Shown: positions 47,285 to 58,084 of the stretch, piece by piece
Layout: each line of letters begins with the position of its first letter
Numbering within the stretch: the first letter of the stretch is position 1
Source: an uncultured Rickettsiales bacterium
GTDB lineage: Bacteria > Pseudomonadota > Alphaproteobacteria > Rickettsiales > SXRF01
Assembly (NCBI GenBank): GCA_964469525.1
Contig: CAYXYU010000001.1
Coordinates: 68,508 to 132,507, forward strand
DNA: 64,000 bases
Direction of reading: 5' to 3'
Position numbers and translations under genes: made by a program
Notes under the pieces: model-generated
Databases searched by the model: none
Seen by the model: the letters and a program-made list of their open reading frames with translations, nothing else
Told to the model about the DNA's origin: nothing

Positions 47285-49309
47285 ATGGCGTATAAATCAG
47301 ACCTTGATCCCAGTCAGAAACAAGCGCTTCACGCTGCATTAGATCAGCAGGAAGAGGCGGCACGGAACGCTAGGCAGACCGGCGAATACCTTAAATTCGC
47401 CATGATCGGCCAGGAAGAGTTAGTGGAACAGCGGGGTGAGGATGGAACCCTGCAGAAATCCATCGCTGATTTTGATCGGGATGGTGCAGAACGGGCAAAA
47501 GACCTCGCTGTTATGGAGGTGGCGCAGCTGCAGGAGCGGATAGGCGATAAAGAAAACGGTTGGCTGGATAAAGAGCAGGCGCTTGCCGAAGCCCTGCTGA
47601 AACGGGTTCGGGATGCACAAGGCAGTGCGGCAGATAGCCTGGGTGGTGGTGAGGCGGGTTACGCCGAAGCGGTTCAGAGCGCAGAACAGGCGGTCGAGAA
47701 CATCACGGTTGCCAAGACAGCTTTCGAGGCAGCCCGCGCAGAACATGAGGCGCAGGTAACACAGGCTCTGGAAGCATTTAAGCAGCAGGAAGATGCTGCC
47801 AAAGTTACCGGTCTGACGGGCGATGAGCTTGCAAAATTCCTAGAGTCGGCGACGCAAGCCCGCGATGCGGCAATGAACAGCAGTCATCAGGTGTATCGCG
47901 ATACCCTTGCCGGAACGGTTGGCAGCCTGCTGGAGACGGCGGAGACGCGTCACCTGGCGTTGGCGCAGTTCGAACTTGCCGAGGCTGAACGCAATCCCGA
48001 TAGTAAGGCCTCTGACATTGATCATGCGCGGGTCAGGGTTGCCATGCACCAGCGGCTGGCCAATACGGAAGAGTCCGTCACGGAACAGTTACAGGCTGCC
48101 GGCGGCTATCTGGAAGAAGTAGAAAAAGGCAAACAAGCCCGCCTGATGCAGCGGACCGATGATCTTGCACTCTTTGTCGATCATCTGAAGATTTCCGTCA
48201 TTGACGAGCACTATGACACTAAAATCAGGGATGCTGAATCCAGGTTCGCCGACGAGGAAGTAACAAACCTGAAACTGGAACAGGAAAAGCTCGGCGACAA
48301 GCTGGGAAAAATCGGTGAAAGACTGGGCGATCAGCTCCGGGAAACCCTTGCCCAGGTTGAGAAGGACGATTCCCGTACGGAAGCTGAAAAACAGGAAATC
48401 CGGATAGCCGCCCTGCGGGATGCCACCAGCTACGAAGGCAGATCCCCCGATCGTTTCATGAGCGATTTCCTGGCAAGCCATGCGCCAGAGATGGCCCCGG
48501 TTAGTATCAAAGAGCGCGCGCAGGCTGCGGGCATCAATGCACGGGACATTGCCACGCTGAAATTGACTGAGGAGGGATTGATCGCGCAGCTCAAAGGCGA
48601 TGGCGCCCGGGAAGTGCATCTGGCCAGTAACGAGGAAGCGCTGGATAAGGGGATCGACGTCGAAGGCATGGGCAAAAACGTTCGTATCCTGGTTGACAAG
48701 CATGCTGGCGTGGACGCAGAAACACAGCTAGTCGTACACAATACCGAAAAGCATAATATGTATGTTGGCGGAACAAATGGAGGTAAATCACCTTCCGCCC
48801 GCGATATGGTGGAGATTGCGCAGGCCGTAGGCAATGTGCGCTCCGCCGCAGGCGGGGATCTCAATCTTGATGATCAGGCGCAGATGACGGCCATGCAGCT
48901 GGATAAGAGTGCGCTGATGAAAGAGCATTGGAATAATTTATCTTCCAAGCAGAGGATGGAAATTTTGCAGAAAACTAGGGGCGGCAAGGGGAATTATTAT
49001 GCCCAGATGGATGTCACTCAACTGGCGCAGGAAGTCCGCATGATGCGTGCCCTGGAGACCAACGAGACTATTGAGCGGGAAGCGGGCATCGCTGCTGCGG
49101 AGCAAGCTGGGAAGGATAGGCTGGCCCAACTTTATCCGGGTAAGTCGGAAAAAGACATTGCCGATATTTATGCCCAGCTGCAGGGCATCAATAGCGGCCA
49201 GGTCTATGGCGGTATGGATCCCAACGAGGTGCTGGTGCGTAACCTCGGGGGGCCCAAGCAGGTGGGGGGTGCCTCTCCCGAACAAGCCGGGCGGGGCCGG
49301 ACAAGCTAG
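47285..49309 (+). CDS. large hypothetical protein, E/A/Q-rich helical or coiled-coil (orphan)
   Basis: 674-aa uninterrupted ORF with no signal peptide, TM segment or recognisable domain. Lies between tRNA-Asp and nuoA. Confidence 0.5.
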   Translation: MAYKSDLDPSQKQALHAALDQQEEAARNARQTGEYLKFAMIGQEELVEQRGEDGTLQKSIADFDRDGAERAKDLAVMEVAQLQERIGDKENGWLDKEQALAEALLKRVRDAQGSAADSLGGGEAGYAEAVQSAEQAVENITVAKTAFEAARAEHEAQVTQALEAFKQQEDAAKVTGLTGDELAKFLESATQARDAAMNSSHQVYRDTLAGTVGSLLETAETRHLALAQFELAEAERNPDSKASDIDHARVRVAMHQRLANTEESVTEQLQAAGGYLEEVEKGKQARLMQRTDDLALFVDHLKISVIDEHYDTKIRDAESRFADEEVTNLKLEQEKLGDKLGKIGERLGDQLRETLAQVEKDDSRTEAEKQEIRIAALRDATSYEGRSPDRFMSDFLASHAPEMAPVSIKERAQAAGINARDIATLKLTEEGLIAQLKGDGAREVHLASNEEALDKGIDVEGMGKNVRILVDKHAGVDAETQLVVHNTEKHNMYVGGTNGGKSPSARDMVEIAQAVGNVRSAAGGDLNLDDQAQMTAMQLDKSALMKEHWNNLSSKQRMEILQKTRGGKGNYYAQMDVTQLAQEVRMMRALETNETIEREAGIAAAEQAGKDRLAQLYPGKSEKDIADIYAQLQGINSGQVYGGMDPNEVLVRNLGGPKQVGGASPEQAGRGRTS

Positions 49310-49430
49310 TAATCCTAAATCCACCTTAACTTTTGGTGTGCTGCGATGCATGTGGCTACACGTTTTTTCTTTGTATTGCGGTCAAAAAACGTTATAACTT
49401 AAGGCCGTATATTCCTACGGTTTTTAGTTC

Positions 49431-49796
49431 ATGGATTCCATTCTTTCGCAGTATTTCCCCATCCTCGTGTTTTTCGGTATCGCCTCGGTTCTGGCGGCGA
49501 TTATGGTGTTTTTGCCGCTATTTATCGCCCGCCAGCGGCCCGACCGTGAGAAAAACTCGGCCTATGAATGCGGTTTCGAGGCGTTCGGCGACGCGCGTGG
49601 CACGTTCGACGTACGGTTTTACCTGGTGGCCATCCTGTTCATCATTTTCGACCTCGAAGTGGCGTTCCTGTTCCCCTGGGCGGTGTCGCTCGGCGTGATC
49701 GGCCCGGCCGGCTTCTGGTCGATGATGGCGTTCCTGTTCGTCCTCACGGTGGGCTTCATCTACGAATGGAAGAAAGGTGCGCTGGAATGGGAGTGA
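49431..49796 (+). CDS. nuoA: NADH-quinone oxidoreductase subunit A
   Basis: 121 aa, three TM helices. [12 protein letters not shown]...[12 protein letters not shown]. Confidence 0.9.
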   Translation: MDSILSQYFPILVFFGIASVLAAIMVFLPLFIARQRPDREKNSAYECGFEAFGDARGTFDVRFYLVAILFIIFDLEVAFLFPWAVSLGVIGPAGFWSMMAFLFVLTVGFIYEWKKGALEWE

Positions 49797-50326
49797 ATCA
49801 GGTTTCCGATATCAGAGCGCGCATCACCGACCAGGATGCGCTGTTGAACCAGGCCTTCAACGAGCTGGACAATAAGGGCTTCGTCGTGGCGAAGCTCGAC
49901 GCGCTGGTCAACTGGGCGCGTTCAGGCAGCCTGTGGCCGATGACCTTCGGCCTGGCCTGCTGCGCCGTGGAAATGATGCAGGCGGCCGCCTCGCGCTACG
50001 ACATGGATCGCTTCGGCGTCATGTTCCGCCCGAGCCCGCGCCAGTCGGACGTGATGATCGTCGCCGGGACGCTGTGCAACAAGATGGCGCCCGCCCTGCG
50101 CAAGGTCTATGACCAGATGGCCGAGCCGCGTTACGTCATCTCGATGGGCAGCTGTGCCAACGGCGGCGGCTATTACCATTATTCCTACTCGGTGGTGCGC
50201 GGCTGCGACCGCATCGTGCCGGTCGATGTCTATGTGCCTGGCTGCCCGCCGACGGCCGAGGCGCTGATGTACGGCATCCTGCAGCTGCAGAAAAAAATCC
50301 GCAGAACCGGGACGATAATTAGATAA
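49787..50326 (+). CDS. nuoB: NADH-quinone oxidoreductase subunit B
   Basis: ATG at 49787 (MGVNQV...), overlapping the nuoA end. [17 protein letters not shown]...[10 protein letters not shown]...VPGCPPT cluster N2 ligands. Confidence 0.9.
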   Translation: MGVNQVSDIRARITDQDALLNQAFNELDNKGFVVAKLDALVNWARSGSLWPMTFGLACCAVEMMQAAASRYDMDRFGVMFRPSPRQSDVMIVAGTLCNKMAPALRKVYDQMAEPRYVISMGSCANGGGYYHYSYSVVRGCDRIVPVDVYVPGCPPTAEALMYGILQLQKKIRRTGTIIR

Positions 50327-50328
50327 CC

Positions 50329-50940
50329 ATGGATATTGCCTTCACTAACCTCACTGGAACGATTGAGCGGCAGATGCCGGGGGCGCTGCGCGGCTCGGAG
50401 ATCATCCATGGCGAGTGGACGCTGACGGCCAACCTGTTCCAGATCATCCCGCTGATGACTTTTCTGCGCGACGATTCGAACTGCCTGTTCACGCAGCTGA
50501 CCGATATTGCCGGCGTCGATTTCCCCGAGCGCGAGCAGCGCTTCGATGTGGTGTATCACCTGCTCAGCATGCAGCATAACCGGCGTGTGCGCGTGAAGCT
50601 GGCGGTCGATGACAAAACGCCGGTGCCGTCGCTGACTGGCTTATATCCCAATGCCGGGTGGTACGAGCGCGAGGTGTGGGATATGTACGGTGTGCTATTC
50701 TCCGGCCATCCCGATTTGCGCCGCATCCTGACCGATTACGGCTTCGACGGTCATCCCCAGCGCCGCGATTTCCCGCTGACCGGCTATGTCGAGATGCGTT
50801 ATGACGAGGAGCAGAAGCGCGTGGTGTATGAGCCGGTGAAGCTCAACCAGGCCTACCGGAGCTTCGATTTCCTGAGCCCGTGGGAAGGCGCGCCGGATTA
50901 TGTGCTGCCGGGGGATGAGAAGGCGACTAGCAATGGTTAG
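50329..50940 (+). CDS. nuoC: NADH-quinone oxidoreductase subunit C
   Basis: 203 aa. [24 protein letters not shown] 30-kDa subunit signature. Confidence 0.9.
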   Translation: MDIAFTNLTGTIERQMPGALRGSEIIHGEWTLTANLFQIIPLMTFLRDDSNCLFTQLTDIAGVDFPEREQRFDVVYHLLSMQHNRRVRVKLAVDDKTPVPSLTGLYPNAGWYEREVWDMYGVLFSGHPDLRRILTDYGFDGHPQRRDFPLTGYVEMRYDEEQKRVVYEPVKLNQAYRSFDFLSPWEGAPDYVLPGDEKATSNG

Positions 50941-50965
50941 CGAGCATGGCGAGCTTAGCATTGCT

Positions 50966-51029
50966 GTCGTCCCCGCGCAGGCGGGGACCTTGTGCCACAA
51001 GCTGGATTCCCGCTTTCGCGGGAATGACA
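50966..51029. repeat. inverted pair of GTCGTCCCCGC../..GCGGGAATGAC hairpins
   Basis: gtcgtccccgcgcaggcggggacc (50966-50989) and ggattcccgctttcgcgggaatgaca (51004-51029), between nuoC and the GNAT gene. Confidence 0.6.
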
Positions 51030-51041
51030 AGGATGGGCGTA

Positions 51042-51551
51042 ATGGCTAGGAAAAAAATTGATTTTACGATCCGTGATGCGCATCTGGAGGATTTTGAGGA
51101 AATCTACGACATCTTCCGCCATGTACTGGAAGAGGGAAAAACCTATTCCTACACGCTCGAGGAGATGACGCCGGAGCGCTCGCTGGCCTACTGGATGAGT
51201 GCGCCGGGTACGCATTGCTTCGTCGCCGACGTCAAGGGCAAGGTGGCGGGGGTCGGCACCGTGCGTCCCAACCGCACCGGCCGGGCGGGACATGTCGCCA
51301 ACGCCTCGTTCATGGTGCATCCGCACTTTCGCCGCATGGGCATCGCCAAGGCGCTGGGCAAGAAGGCGCTCGCCCACGCCAAAAAGGAAGGCTACAAGGC
51401 GATGCAGTTCAATTTCGTGGTGAGCGCCAACCAGACGGCGGTGGAATTATGGATGGATCTCGGCTTCAAGGTGGTGGGCACGCTGCCCAAAGGCTTCAAG
51501 CACGCCAGCAAGGGCAAGGTGGATGTGTATATCATGCATAGGTTTTTATGA
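51042..51551 (+). CDS. GNAT family N-acetyltransferase embedded in the nuo operon
   Basis: ATG at 51042 ([20 protein letters not shown]...). Motif [19 protein letters not shown]. Stop overlaps the nuoD start (ATGA at 51548). The tracked start 50946 runs through the hairpin repeats. Confidence 0.75.
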   Translation: MARKKIDFTIRDAHLEDFEEIYDIFRHVLEEGKTYSYTLEEMTPERSLAYWMSAPGTHCFVADVKGKVAGVGTVRPNRTGRAGHVANASFMVHPHFRRMGIAKALGKKALAHAKKEGYKAMQFNFVVSANQTAVELWMDLGFKVVGTLPKGFKHASKGKVDVYIMHRFL

Positions 51552-52729
51552 GCCAACCGGTTGAAGTAAAGAACCTCACCCTCAATTTCGGCCCGCAGCA
51601 TCCGGCGGCGCACGGGGTGTTGCGGCTGGTGCTGGAGATGGATGGCGAGGTGGTCGAGCGCGCCGATCCGCATATCGGCCTGCTGCACCGTGGCACGGAG
51701 AAGCTGATCGAGCACAAGACCTACCTGCAGGCGGTGCCGTATTTTGACCGGCTGGACTATGTCTCGCCGATGAACCAGGAGCATGCTTTCGCGCTGGCGG
51801 TGGAAAAGCTGCTGGGCTGCGAGGTGCCGCTCAGGGCGCAATATATCCGCGTGCTGTTCTCCGAGCTGACGCGCATCTTAAACCATATTCTTAACGTTAC
51901 GACGCAAGCGCTTGATGTCGGGGCGATGACCCCGCTGTTGTGGATGTTCGAGGAACGCGAAAAAATCCTCGAATTCTATGAGCGCGCATCAGGAGCGCGC
52001 TTCCATTCGGCCTATTTCCGGCCGGGTGGCGTGCACCAGGACATTCCGGCCGGGATGGAGGAGGATATACGCCGCTTCGCCATCGGCTATAAGAAAATCC
52101 TTGATGATGTTGATAATCTGCTCACTGAGAACCGCATCTTCAAGCAGCGGCTGGTCGATATCGGCACGGTCAGCGCCAAAGACGCCATCGACTGGGGTTT
52201 CACCGGCCCGATGCTTCGCGGTTCCGGCGTGGCATGGGACCTGCGTAAAAGCCAACCCTACGAGGTGTATGATAAGCTCGATTTCGATATCCCGATCGGT
52301 AAGAACGGCGATTCGTGGGACCGCTATCTGGTTCGCATGGAAGAGATGCGCCAATCGCTCAAAATCATCCACCAGTGCCTCGACCAGATGCAGGCTGGGC
52401 CGGTGGTTACCGACGATCCGAAGATCGCGCCGCCGAAACGCGCGCTGATGAAGCAGTCGATGGAGGCGCTGATTAACCACTTCAAGCTCTACACTGAGGG
52501 CTACCATGTCCCGGCGGGCGAAACCTATACTGCCGTAGAAGCCCCCAAGGGAGAATTTGGTGTCTATCTCATCGCCGACGGCACCAACCGGCCCTACCGC
52601 TGCAAGATCCGTGCACCGGGATTCGCGCACCTGCAGGCGCTGGAGTTCATGACCAGGGGGCACATGCTGGCCGATGTGGTCACCGTCATCAGCACGATGG
52701 ATATTGTATTTGGAGAGATCGACCGATGA
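51548..52729 (+). CDS. nuoD: NADH-quinone oxidoreductase subunit D
   Basis: 393 aa. [16 protein letters not shown]...HRGTEKL...DIVFGEIDR 49-kDa subunit. Confidence 0.95.
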   Translation: MSQPVEVKNLTLNFGPQHPAAHGVLRLVLEMDGEVVERADPHIGLLHRGTEKLIEHKTYLQAVPYFDRLDYVSPMNQEHAFALAVEKLLGCEVPLRAQYIRVLFSELTRILNHILNVTTQALDVGAMTPLLWMFEEREKILEFYERASGARFHSAYFRPGGVHQDIPAGMEEDIRRFAIGYKKILDDVDNLLTENRIFKQRLVDIGTVSAKDAIDWGFTGPMLRGSGVAWDLRKSQPYEVYDKLDFDIPIGKNGDSWDRYLVRMEEMRQSLKIIHQCLDQMQAGPVVTDDPKIAPPKRALMKQSMEALINHFKLYTEGYHVPAGETYTAVEAPKGEFGVYLIADGTNRPYRCKIRAPGFAHLQALEFMTRGHMLADVVTVISTMDIVFGEIDR

Positions 52730-53136
52730 GAAGGTTCCTGTTCTTCTGCGGAGTAATGGCGTTTGTAGGCATGGCTGAAGCCGCCAATGTACAATTAAGA
52801 GCGTTTGAAATTGCATCTCCTGAGGGGCAATCAATCATAGCATCATCCTCAGTTCGGTGTGTGCACCCCTTCTTAACGGAACAAGGAAAGCGGGCCTTTA
52901 ATATTTTTTTTGATGAAGTTGGTAAGGCCCATTTTGCAGCATATACTGCACAGAATTTGGATAAGAAAATCCATGTTCTGGTGAATGGAGAAATAGTTCT
53001 TAAACCTGTCGTTCGCAGTGCTATTACACGTGGGGAAATAATATTGACGGCTGAAACATTAGAACAAGGTTTGGAATTTAATAAAGCATTTGCGGCGTTT
53101 CCAAAGTGTAAAGCAAATGGGGAAAACGATCAATGA
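52726..53136 (+). CDS. secreted hypothetical protein (URF between nuoD and nuoE), SecD-P1-head-like pattern
   Basis: 136 aa. ATGA overlap with nuoD. Signal peptide [19 protein letters not shown]. ...[59 protein letters not shown] resembles the SecD head-domain motif by eye only. Confidence 0.5.
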   Translation: MRRFLFFCGVMAFVGMAEAANVQLRAFEIASPEGQSIIASSSVRCVHPFLTEQGKRAFNIFFDEVGKAHFAAYTAQNLDKKIHVLVNGEIVLKPVVRSAITRGEIILTAETLEQGLEFNKAFAAFPKCKANGENDQ

Positions 53137-53735
53137 TGCGGTTTGCGCTGTTTTTTCTTTTACTGTCCTGCCCGGTGACGGCGCATGCAATTTCCCCGGC
53201 AATCCCCGACGCATCGTCGGAGTTGCCCCCCATGCCCTCCATGACGCCGCCCTCGATGTTTCCCGCTCTGCCACCGTCGCGTGCCTGTGTGCGCAAGGAT
53301 TTACAGGGTACCTGGAAACTGCAGAACGTCTATGAAGAACAGGTTGGCACGGAAACCGCTGATTTCCAAAATAACCCGGTGCAGTATCTCTCCTTCGAGA
53401 ACGATAATATCTATGCCCAGATCAGGGCTGGCCGGTCGGATCTCTCCACCACTGCCATTCAGGACGCGGTGAAGAGTGCACGCGGCAAGGATTTGAGCCA
53501 GTATCTGATGCATGAATCCGGCATGCTGTATTTTTATAAAAACGGCGTTGCCGCCGAAACGCGGGCATGCTTTATCGTGGCCAGCGATGCGGGGAATTTC
53601 CGTGCCGGACAGTTGCTCCTGATGCCGCCGCAGGGACAGCATCCGGGGCGAATGGTCAAGGTGTATGCGAAGATCTGGGAGCCGGCGGAAAAGCCGGAAA
53701 AGGAAAAGAAGAAACGGCGGAAGCGGAGAAGGTAG
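53133..53735 (+). CDS. secreted hypothetical protein (second URF between nuoD and nuoE) with poly-basic tail
   Basis: 200 aa. ATGA overlap with the previous ORF. Signal peptide [19 protein letters not shown]. Ends [15 protein letters not shown], 2 nt before the nuoE ATG. Confidence 0.5.
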   Translation: MMRFALFFLLLSCPVTAHAISPAIPDASSELPPMPSMTPPSMFPALPPSRACVRKDLQGTWKLQNVYEEQVGTETADFQNNPVQYLSFENDNIYAQIRAGRSDLSTTAIQDAVKSARGKDLSQYLMHESGMLYFYKNGVAAETRACFIVASDAGNFRAGQLLLMPPQGQHPGRMVKVYAKIWEPAEKPEKEKKKRRKRRR

Positions 53736-53737
53736 GA

Positions 53738-54340
53738 ATGACAGGTAAACTGCATCAGCACCGGGAACAGGGCCCTGATCGCTTCGTGTTCACCACCGAC
53801 AATCTTAAGCAGGCGGAAGCGATCATCGCGCGCTACCCGGCGGGATTTCAGCAGAGCGCTGTCATGCCGCTGCTGGCGTTGGCGCAGCACCAGAACGACG
53901 GCTGGCTGCCCAAGAGCGCCATGGATTATGTAGCGCAGCTGCTTGCCATGCCGCCGGTGCGCGTTTACGAGGTGGCCACTTTCTACACCATGTATAACCT
54001 CGAGCCGGTCGGAAAACACGTGATCAATGTCTGCACCACTACGCCGTGCTGGCTCAAAGGTTCCGATGCCATCGTCAAGGCCTGCGAGGAGCGGCTGGGT
54101 ATCAAATGCGGCGAGACGACGGAAGACGGGCAGTTCACGTTGCGTGAGGTGGAGTGCCTCGGCGCCTGCGTCAACGCGCCAATGTGTCAGGTGATCAACC
54201 GCGAGGGCGAATATTATTACGAGGACCTGACGCCCGACCACGCGCGGCGCATCCTCGACCTGCTGGCGCATGGCGGCAAGCTGAAGCCCGGCCCGCAGAC
54301 CGGGCGGCACTCCAGCGAGCCGGCGAAGGAGAAAGCGTGA
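53738..54340 (+). CDS. nuoE: NADH-quinone oxidoreductase subunit E
   Basis: ATG at 53738. 2Fe-2S ligands in [10 protein letters not shown]...[11 protein letters not shown]. Confidence 0.9.
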   Translation: MTGKLHQHREQGPDRFVFTTDNLKQAEAIIARYPAGFQQSAVMPLLALAQHQNDGWLPKSAMDYVAQLLAMPPVRVYEVATFYTMYNLEPVGKHVINVCTTTPCWLKGSDAIVKACEERLGIKCGETTEDGQFTLREVECLGACVNAPMCQVINREGEYYYEDLTPDHARRILDLLAHGGKLKPGPQTGRHSSEPAKEKA

Positions 54341-55617
54341 TGCTCACCGATAAAGACCGCATCTTCACCAATCTCTACGGCTTCGAGGACTGGGCCTTGA
54401 AGAGCGCGCGCATGCGGGGCGACTGGGATAATACCAAGGCGCTGCTGTCCAGAGGGCCGGAGGCGATCATCGAAGAAGTGAAAGCCTCGGGTTTGCGCGG
54501 GCGGGGCGGGGCGGGGTTCCCGACCGGCACCAAATGGTCGTTCATGCCCAAGAAATCGGACGGGCGGCCGAGCTATCTTGTCGTCAATGCCGACGAGGGT
54601 GAGCCGGGCACCTGCAAGGACCGCGACATGATGCGCCACGACCCGCACAAGTTGATCGAGGGGTGTCTCATCGCCTGCTTCGCCATGCGCGCCGTGGCGG
54701 CCTACATCTATATCCGCGGCGAATTCTGGGAGGAGGCCAACCGGCTGGAATACGCCATCAACGAAGCATATGAAGCCGGACTGATTGGCAAGAACGCCTG
54801 CGGCAGCGGCTATGACTGCGATATTTTCGTGCATCGCGGCGCCGGTGCCTATATCTGCGGCGAGGAAACGGCCCTGATCGAATCGCTCGAGGGCCGCAAG
54901 GGGCAGCCGCGCCTGAAGCCGCCCTTCCCGGCGGCGGTTGGGGTGTGGGGCTGCCCGACTACCGTTAACAATGTGGAAAGCATTGCCGTGGTACCTACCA
55001 TCCTGCGGCGCGGCGCGGCATGGTTCGCCAGCATCGGTCGTCCCAACAACACGGGCACGAAAGTCTATTGCATTTCGGGCCATGTGAACGCGCCGTGCAA
55101 TGTCGAGGAGGCAATGAGCATTCCGCTGAAGGAACTGATCGAGAAACATGCGGGCGGCGTGCGCGGCGGCTGGGATAATCTGCTGGCGGTGATTCCGGGC
55201 GGTTCGTCGGTGCCGCTGATTCCCAAATCGATCTGCGACACGGTGCTGATGGATTTCGACGCGCTGAAGGAAGTCAAGTCCGGGCTCGGCACGGCGGCAG
55301 TGATCGTCATGGACAAATCGACCGACATCGTGAAGGCTATCGCCCGGCTGTCGAAATTCTACATGCATGAATCCTGCGGCCAGTGCACGCCATGCCGCGA
55401 GGGCACCGGCTGGCTGTGGCGCATGATGGAGCGCATGGTGCAGGGAAGGGCAATGCGCGAGGAGATCGATCAGATGCTGGACGTGGCATCGCGCATCGAA
55501 GGCCATACCATCTGCGCGCTTGGCGATGCGGCAGCCTGGCCGGTGCAGGGGCTGGTGCGGCATTTCCGCGGCGAGATCGAGCGCCGCATAGACGAATTTT
55601 CCCGGAAGGCAGCGTAA
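54340..55617 (+). CDS. nuoF: NADH-quinone oxidoreductase subunit F
   Basis: ATG at 54340, overlapping the nuoE stop by 1 nt. [21 protein letters not shown] and [12 protein letters not shown]. Confidence 0.95.
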   Translation: MLTDKDRIFTNLYGFEDWALKSARMRGDWDNTKALLSRGPEAIIEEVKASGLRGRGGAGFPTGTKWSFMPKKSDGRPSYLVVNADEGEPGTCKDRDMMRHDPHKLIEGCLIACFAMRAVAAYIYIRGEFWEEANRLEYAINEAYEAGLIGKNACGSGYDCDIFVHRGAGAYICGEETALIESLEGRKGQPRLKPPFPAAVGVWGCPTTVNNVESIAVVPTILRRGAAWFASIGRPNNTGTKVYCISGHVNAPCNVEEAMSIPLKELIEKHAGGVRGGWDNLLAVIPGGSSVPLIPKSICDTVLMDFDALKEVKSGLGTAAVIVMDKSTDIVKAIARLSKFYMHESCGQCTPCREGTGWLWRMMERMVQGRAMREEIDQMLDVASRIEGHTICALGDAAAWPVQGLVRHFRGEIERRIDEFSRKAA

Positions 55618-55636
55618 TTCGATATGGAGAAACAAC

Positions 55637-55981
55637 ATGGCTAAACTGATCATGAGGGTTGAGGGCATGGATGGGCAGATCGAGCTGTTGCCCGACCGCG
55701 TCATCATTCGCCGTGATGGGATATTGAATGCCTTCAAATACGGCATGCACGCCAAACGCGAAATCCCGCTGGGCGCCATCTCGGAAGTTGGCTTCAAGGA
55801 CGCGGGCATGATGACCATGGGCGAGATCGATTTCGTGCGCTCGGGCCGCAGCATGGAGGAAAAGACCAAACGCGCCAGCAGCGCCGTCCGCTTCCCCCGG
55901 AAAAAACAGGCCGAGTTCGAGGCCTTGAAGGAAAAAGTTTTTGAACTGTTGGAAAAAGTCGCCAATAAGCATCATCCATAA
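55637..55981 (+). CDS. hypothetical small protein (URF between nuoF and nuoG)
   Basis: 114 aa. Beta-rich N-terminal half then a helical tail. Possibly a bacterial PH-like fold, which is only a guess. Confidence 0.45.
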   Translation: MAKLIMRVEGMDGQIELLPDRVIIRRDGILNAFKYGMHAKREIPLGAISEVGFKDAGMMTMGEIDFVRSGRSMEEKTKRASSAVRFPRKKQAEFEALKEKVFELLEKVANKHHP

Positions 55982-56017
55982 GGTCCCAATGCCGAAACTA
56001 TTTATTGATAAAGTGTC

Positions 56018-58084
56018 ATGCTGAAACTAACCATTGACGGAAAGGAAATCGAGGTCGAGGCGGGCACGGTCCTCATCCAGGCCTGCGAGCGACTCGGCAT
56101 CGAGATCCCGCGCTTCTGCTACCATGAGCGCCTCGCCATCGCCGGCAACTGCCGCATGTGCCTGGTCGAAGTGTCGCCAGGGCCGCCCAAGCCGCAGGCT
56201 TCCTGTGCGCTGCCCTGCGCCGACGGCATGGTGGTCAAAACCAACTCGCCGATGGTGAAGAAGGCGCGCGAGGGCGTGATGGAATTCCTGCTGATCAACC
56301 ACCCGCTCGACTGCCCGATCTGTGACCAGGGAGGCGAATGCGACCTGCAGGACCAGGCGCTGCTCTATGGGCAGGGGGTCAGCCGCTACCGCGAGGTGAA
56401 GCGCTCGGTCGAGGACAAATACATGGGCCCGCTGATCAAGACGCAGATGACGCGCTGCATCCACTGCACGCGCTGCATCCGCTTTGCCTCGGAAATCGCC
56501 GGCGTGCCGGAGCTCGGCGGGTTCGGGCGCGGCGAGCATATGGAAGTCGGCACCTATGTCGAGCAGGCAATCACATCGGAATTGTCGGGTAACATGATCG
56601 ATCTTTGTCCGGTCGGGGCGCTGACCAGCAAGCCGTATGCCTTCGTGGCGCGGCCATGGGAGCTGAAGAAAACCGAGTCGATCGACGTGATGGATGCGGT
56701 GGGGTCCAATATCCGCATTGACTCGCGGGGGGAAGCCGTGCTGCGGGTGCTTCCGCGCATCAATGAGGACATCAACGAGGAATGGATCTCGGATAAGACG
56801 CGTTTCGCCTGCGATGGGTTACGTGTGCAGCGGTTGGACCGCCCTTACATTCGCAACAGCGAAGGCAGGCTGGTGGAAGCCACATGGGCGGAAGCACTTC
56901 AGGTGGTGGCCGACTGCTTCCGCAACGTGCAGCCGCAGGAAACCGCGGTGCTGACCGGCAACCTGGCCTGTGCTGAGAGCGTCATGGCGTTGAAGGATCT
57001 GACTGACAATCTTGGCATCACTAACCGCGACTGCCGCCAGGAAGGCACGCTGTTCGAATCCAAGGACCGCGCCGATTACCTGTTCAACACCACCATCGCC
57101 GGGATCGAAGAGGCCGATGTCTGCCTGCTGGTCGGTACGAATCCGCGGTACGAAGCGGCGCTGGTCAATGCGCGCCTCCGCAAAGCATGGCTGGGTGGGA
57201 AACTCAAAATCTTTAATATCGGCCAGGCGACTGACCTGACGTACGCCTATGAGCATCTGGGCGACGATCCGCGCCTCCTGTCCGACATTATCGCCGGGCA
57301 GCACGCGCTGGCGGAGGTGTTGTCCTCCGCGGAGCGTCCGATGATGGTGCTCGGCACGGCGGCGCTGGCGCGGCCGGACGGGGAGGAGATTTTCGCCGCC
57401 GCCCGGCAACTGGCCCATCGGTACGGGCTGGTGAAGCCCGGCTGGAACGGCTTCAACGTGCTGCAGCATGCGGCGGGCCGGGTGGGGGCGCTCGATCTCG
57501 GTTTCCTGCCGGGCGAGGGCGGAAAGGGGCTAGGCCAGATTTTCGACGGCTGCCGCCGCGAGGAGATCAAGCTGGTCTATCTGCTCGGCGTCGATGAGTT
57601 CGACATGAGCCTGCTCAGCAACAGTTTCGTTATCTATCAAGGGCATCACGGGGACGATGCGGCGCACCGCGCCGATGTCATCCTCCCCGGCGCTGCCTAT
57701 ACGGAAAAGGACGCTACCTATGTCAATCTGGAAGGCCGCGTGCAGCAGGCGAAGCGCGCCGTGTTCCCGCCGGGACAGGCGAAGGAGGACTGGGCGATCA
57801 TCCGTGCCCTGTCGGACGTGCTGAAAAACCCGCTGCCCTATAATAATCTGGCCGGGCTGCGCGCACACATGGCGGAGGTAGCCTCCCATTTCGCGCGCAT
57901 CGGCGAGATCGTGCCGGCTCAGTGGTCGCCCCCGACGCACTCCGGCCCGTTCAAGATTAGCGATATGGCGCTGGATGAGTTCATCGCCAATTTCTACATG
58001 ACCGACCCCATCTCACGCGCCAGCAAAACCATGGCCGAATGCACGCGCGTCAACGCCAATCCCTACCTGCGGCGGGTGGCGTGA
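56018..58084 (+). CDS. nuoG: NADH-quinone oxidoreductase subunit G
   Basis: 688 aa. [46 protein letters not shown]. Confidence 0.95.
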   Translation: MLKLTIDGKEIEVEAGTVLIQACERLGIEIPRFCYHERLAIAGNCRMCLVEVSPGPPKPQASCALPCADGMVVKTNSPMVKKAREGVMEFLLINHPLDCPICDQGGECDLQDQALLYGQGVSRYREVKRSVEDKYMGPLIKTQMTRCIHCTRCIRFASEIAGVPELGGFGRGEHMEVGTYVEQAITSELSGNMIDLCPVGALTSKPYAFVARPWELKKTESIDVMDAVGSNIRIDSRGEAVLRVLPRINEDINEEWISDKTRFACDGLRVQRLDRPYIRNSEGRLVEATWAEALQVVADCFRNVQPQETAVLTGNLACAESVMALKDLTDNLGITNRDCRQEGTLFESKDRADYLFNTTIAGIEEADVCLLVGTNPRYEAALVNARLRKAWLGGKLKIFNIGQATDLTYAYEHLGDDPRLLSDIIAGQHALAEVLSSAERPMMVLGTAALARPDGEEIFAAARQLAHRYGLVKPGWNGFNVLQHAAGRVGALDLGFLPGEGGKGLGQIFDGCRREEIKLVYLLGVDEFDMSLLSNSFVIYQGHHGDDAAHRADVILPGAAYTEKDATYVNLEGRVQQAKRAVFPPGQAKEDWAIIRALSDVLKNPLPYNNLAGLRAHMAEVASHFARIGEIVPAQWSPPTHSGPFKISDMALDEFIANFYMTDPISRASKTMAECTRVNANPYLRRVA

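Noticed and set aside
50946-51041. N-terminal extension of the GNAT ORF (MASLALLSSPRRRGPCATSWIPAFAGMTRMGV)
   Set aside because: It is encoded by the two hairpin repeats. Peptides of this kind (IPAFAGMT) are classic repeat read-through artefacts. ATG 51042 gives a normal GNAT N-terminus.
54217-55965. 582-aa ORF on the minus strand
   Set aside because: It is antisense to nuoF and the following URF. Composition is Arg/Ala/Gly/His-rich with no start context. It is a shadow ORF.
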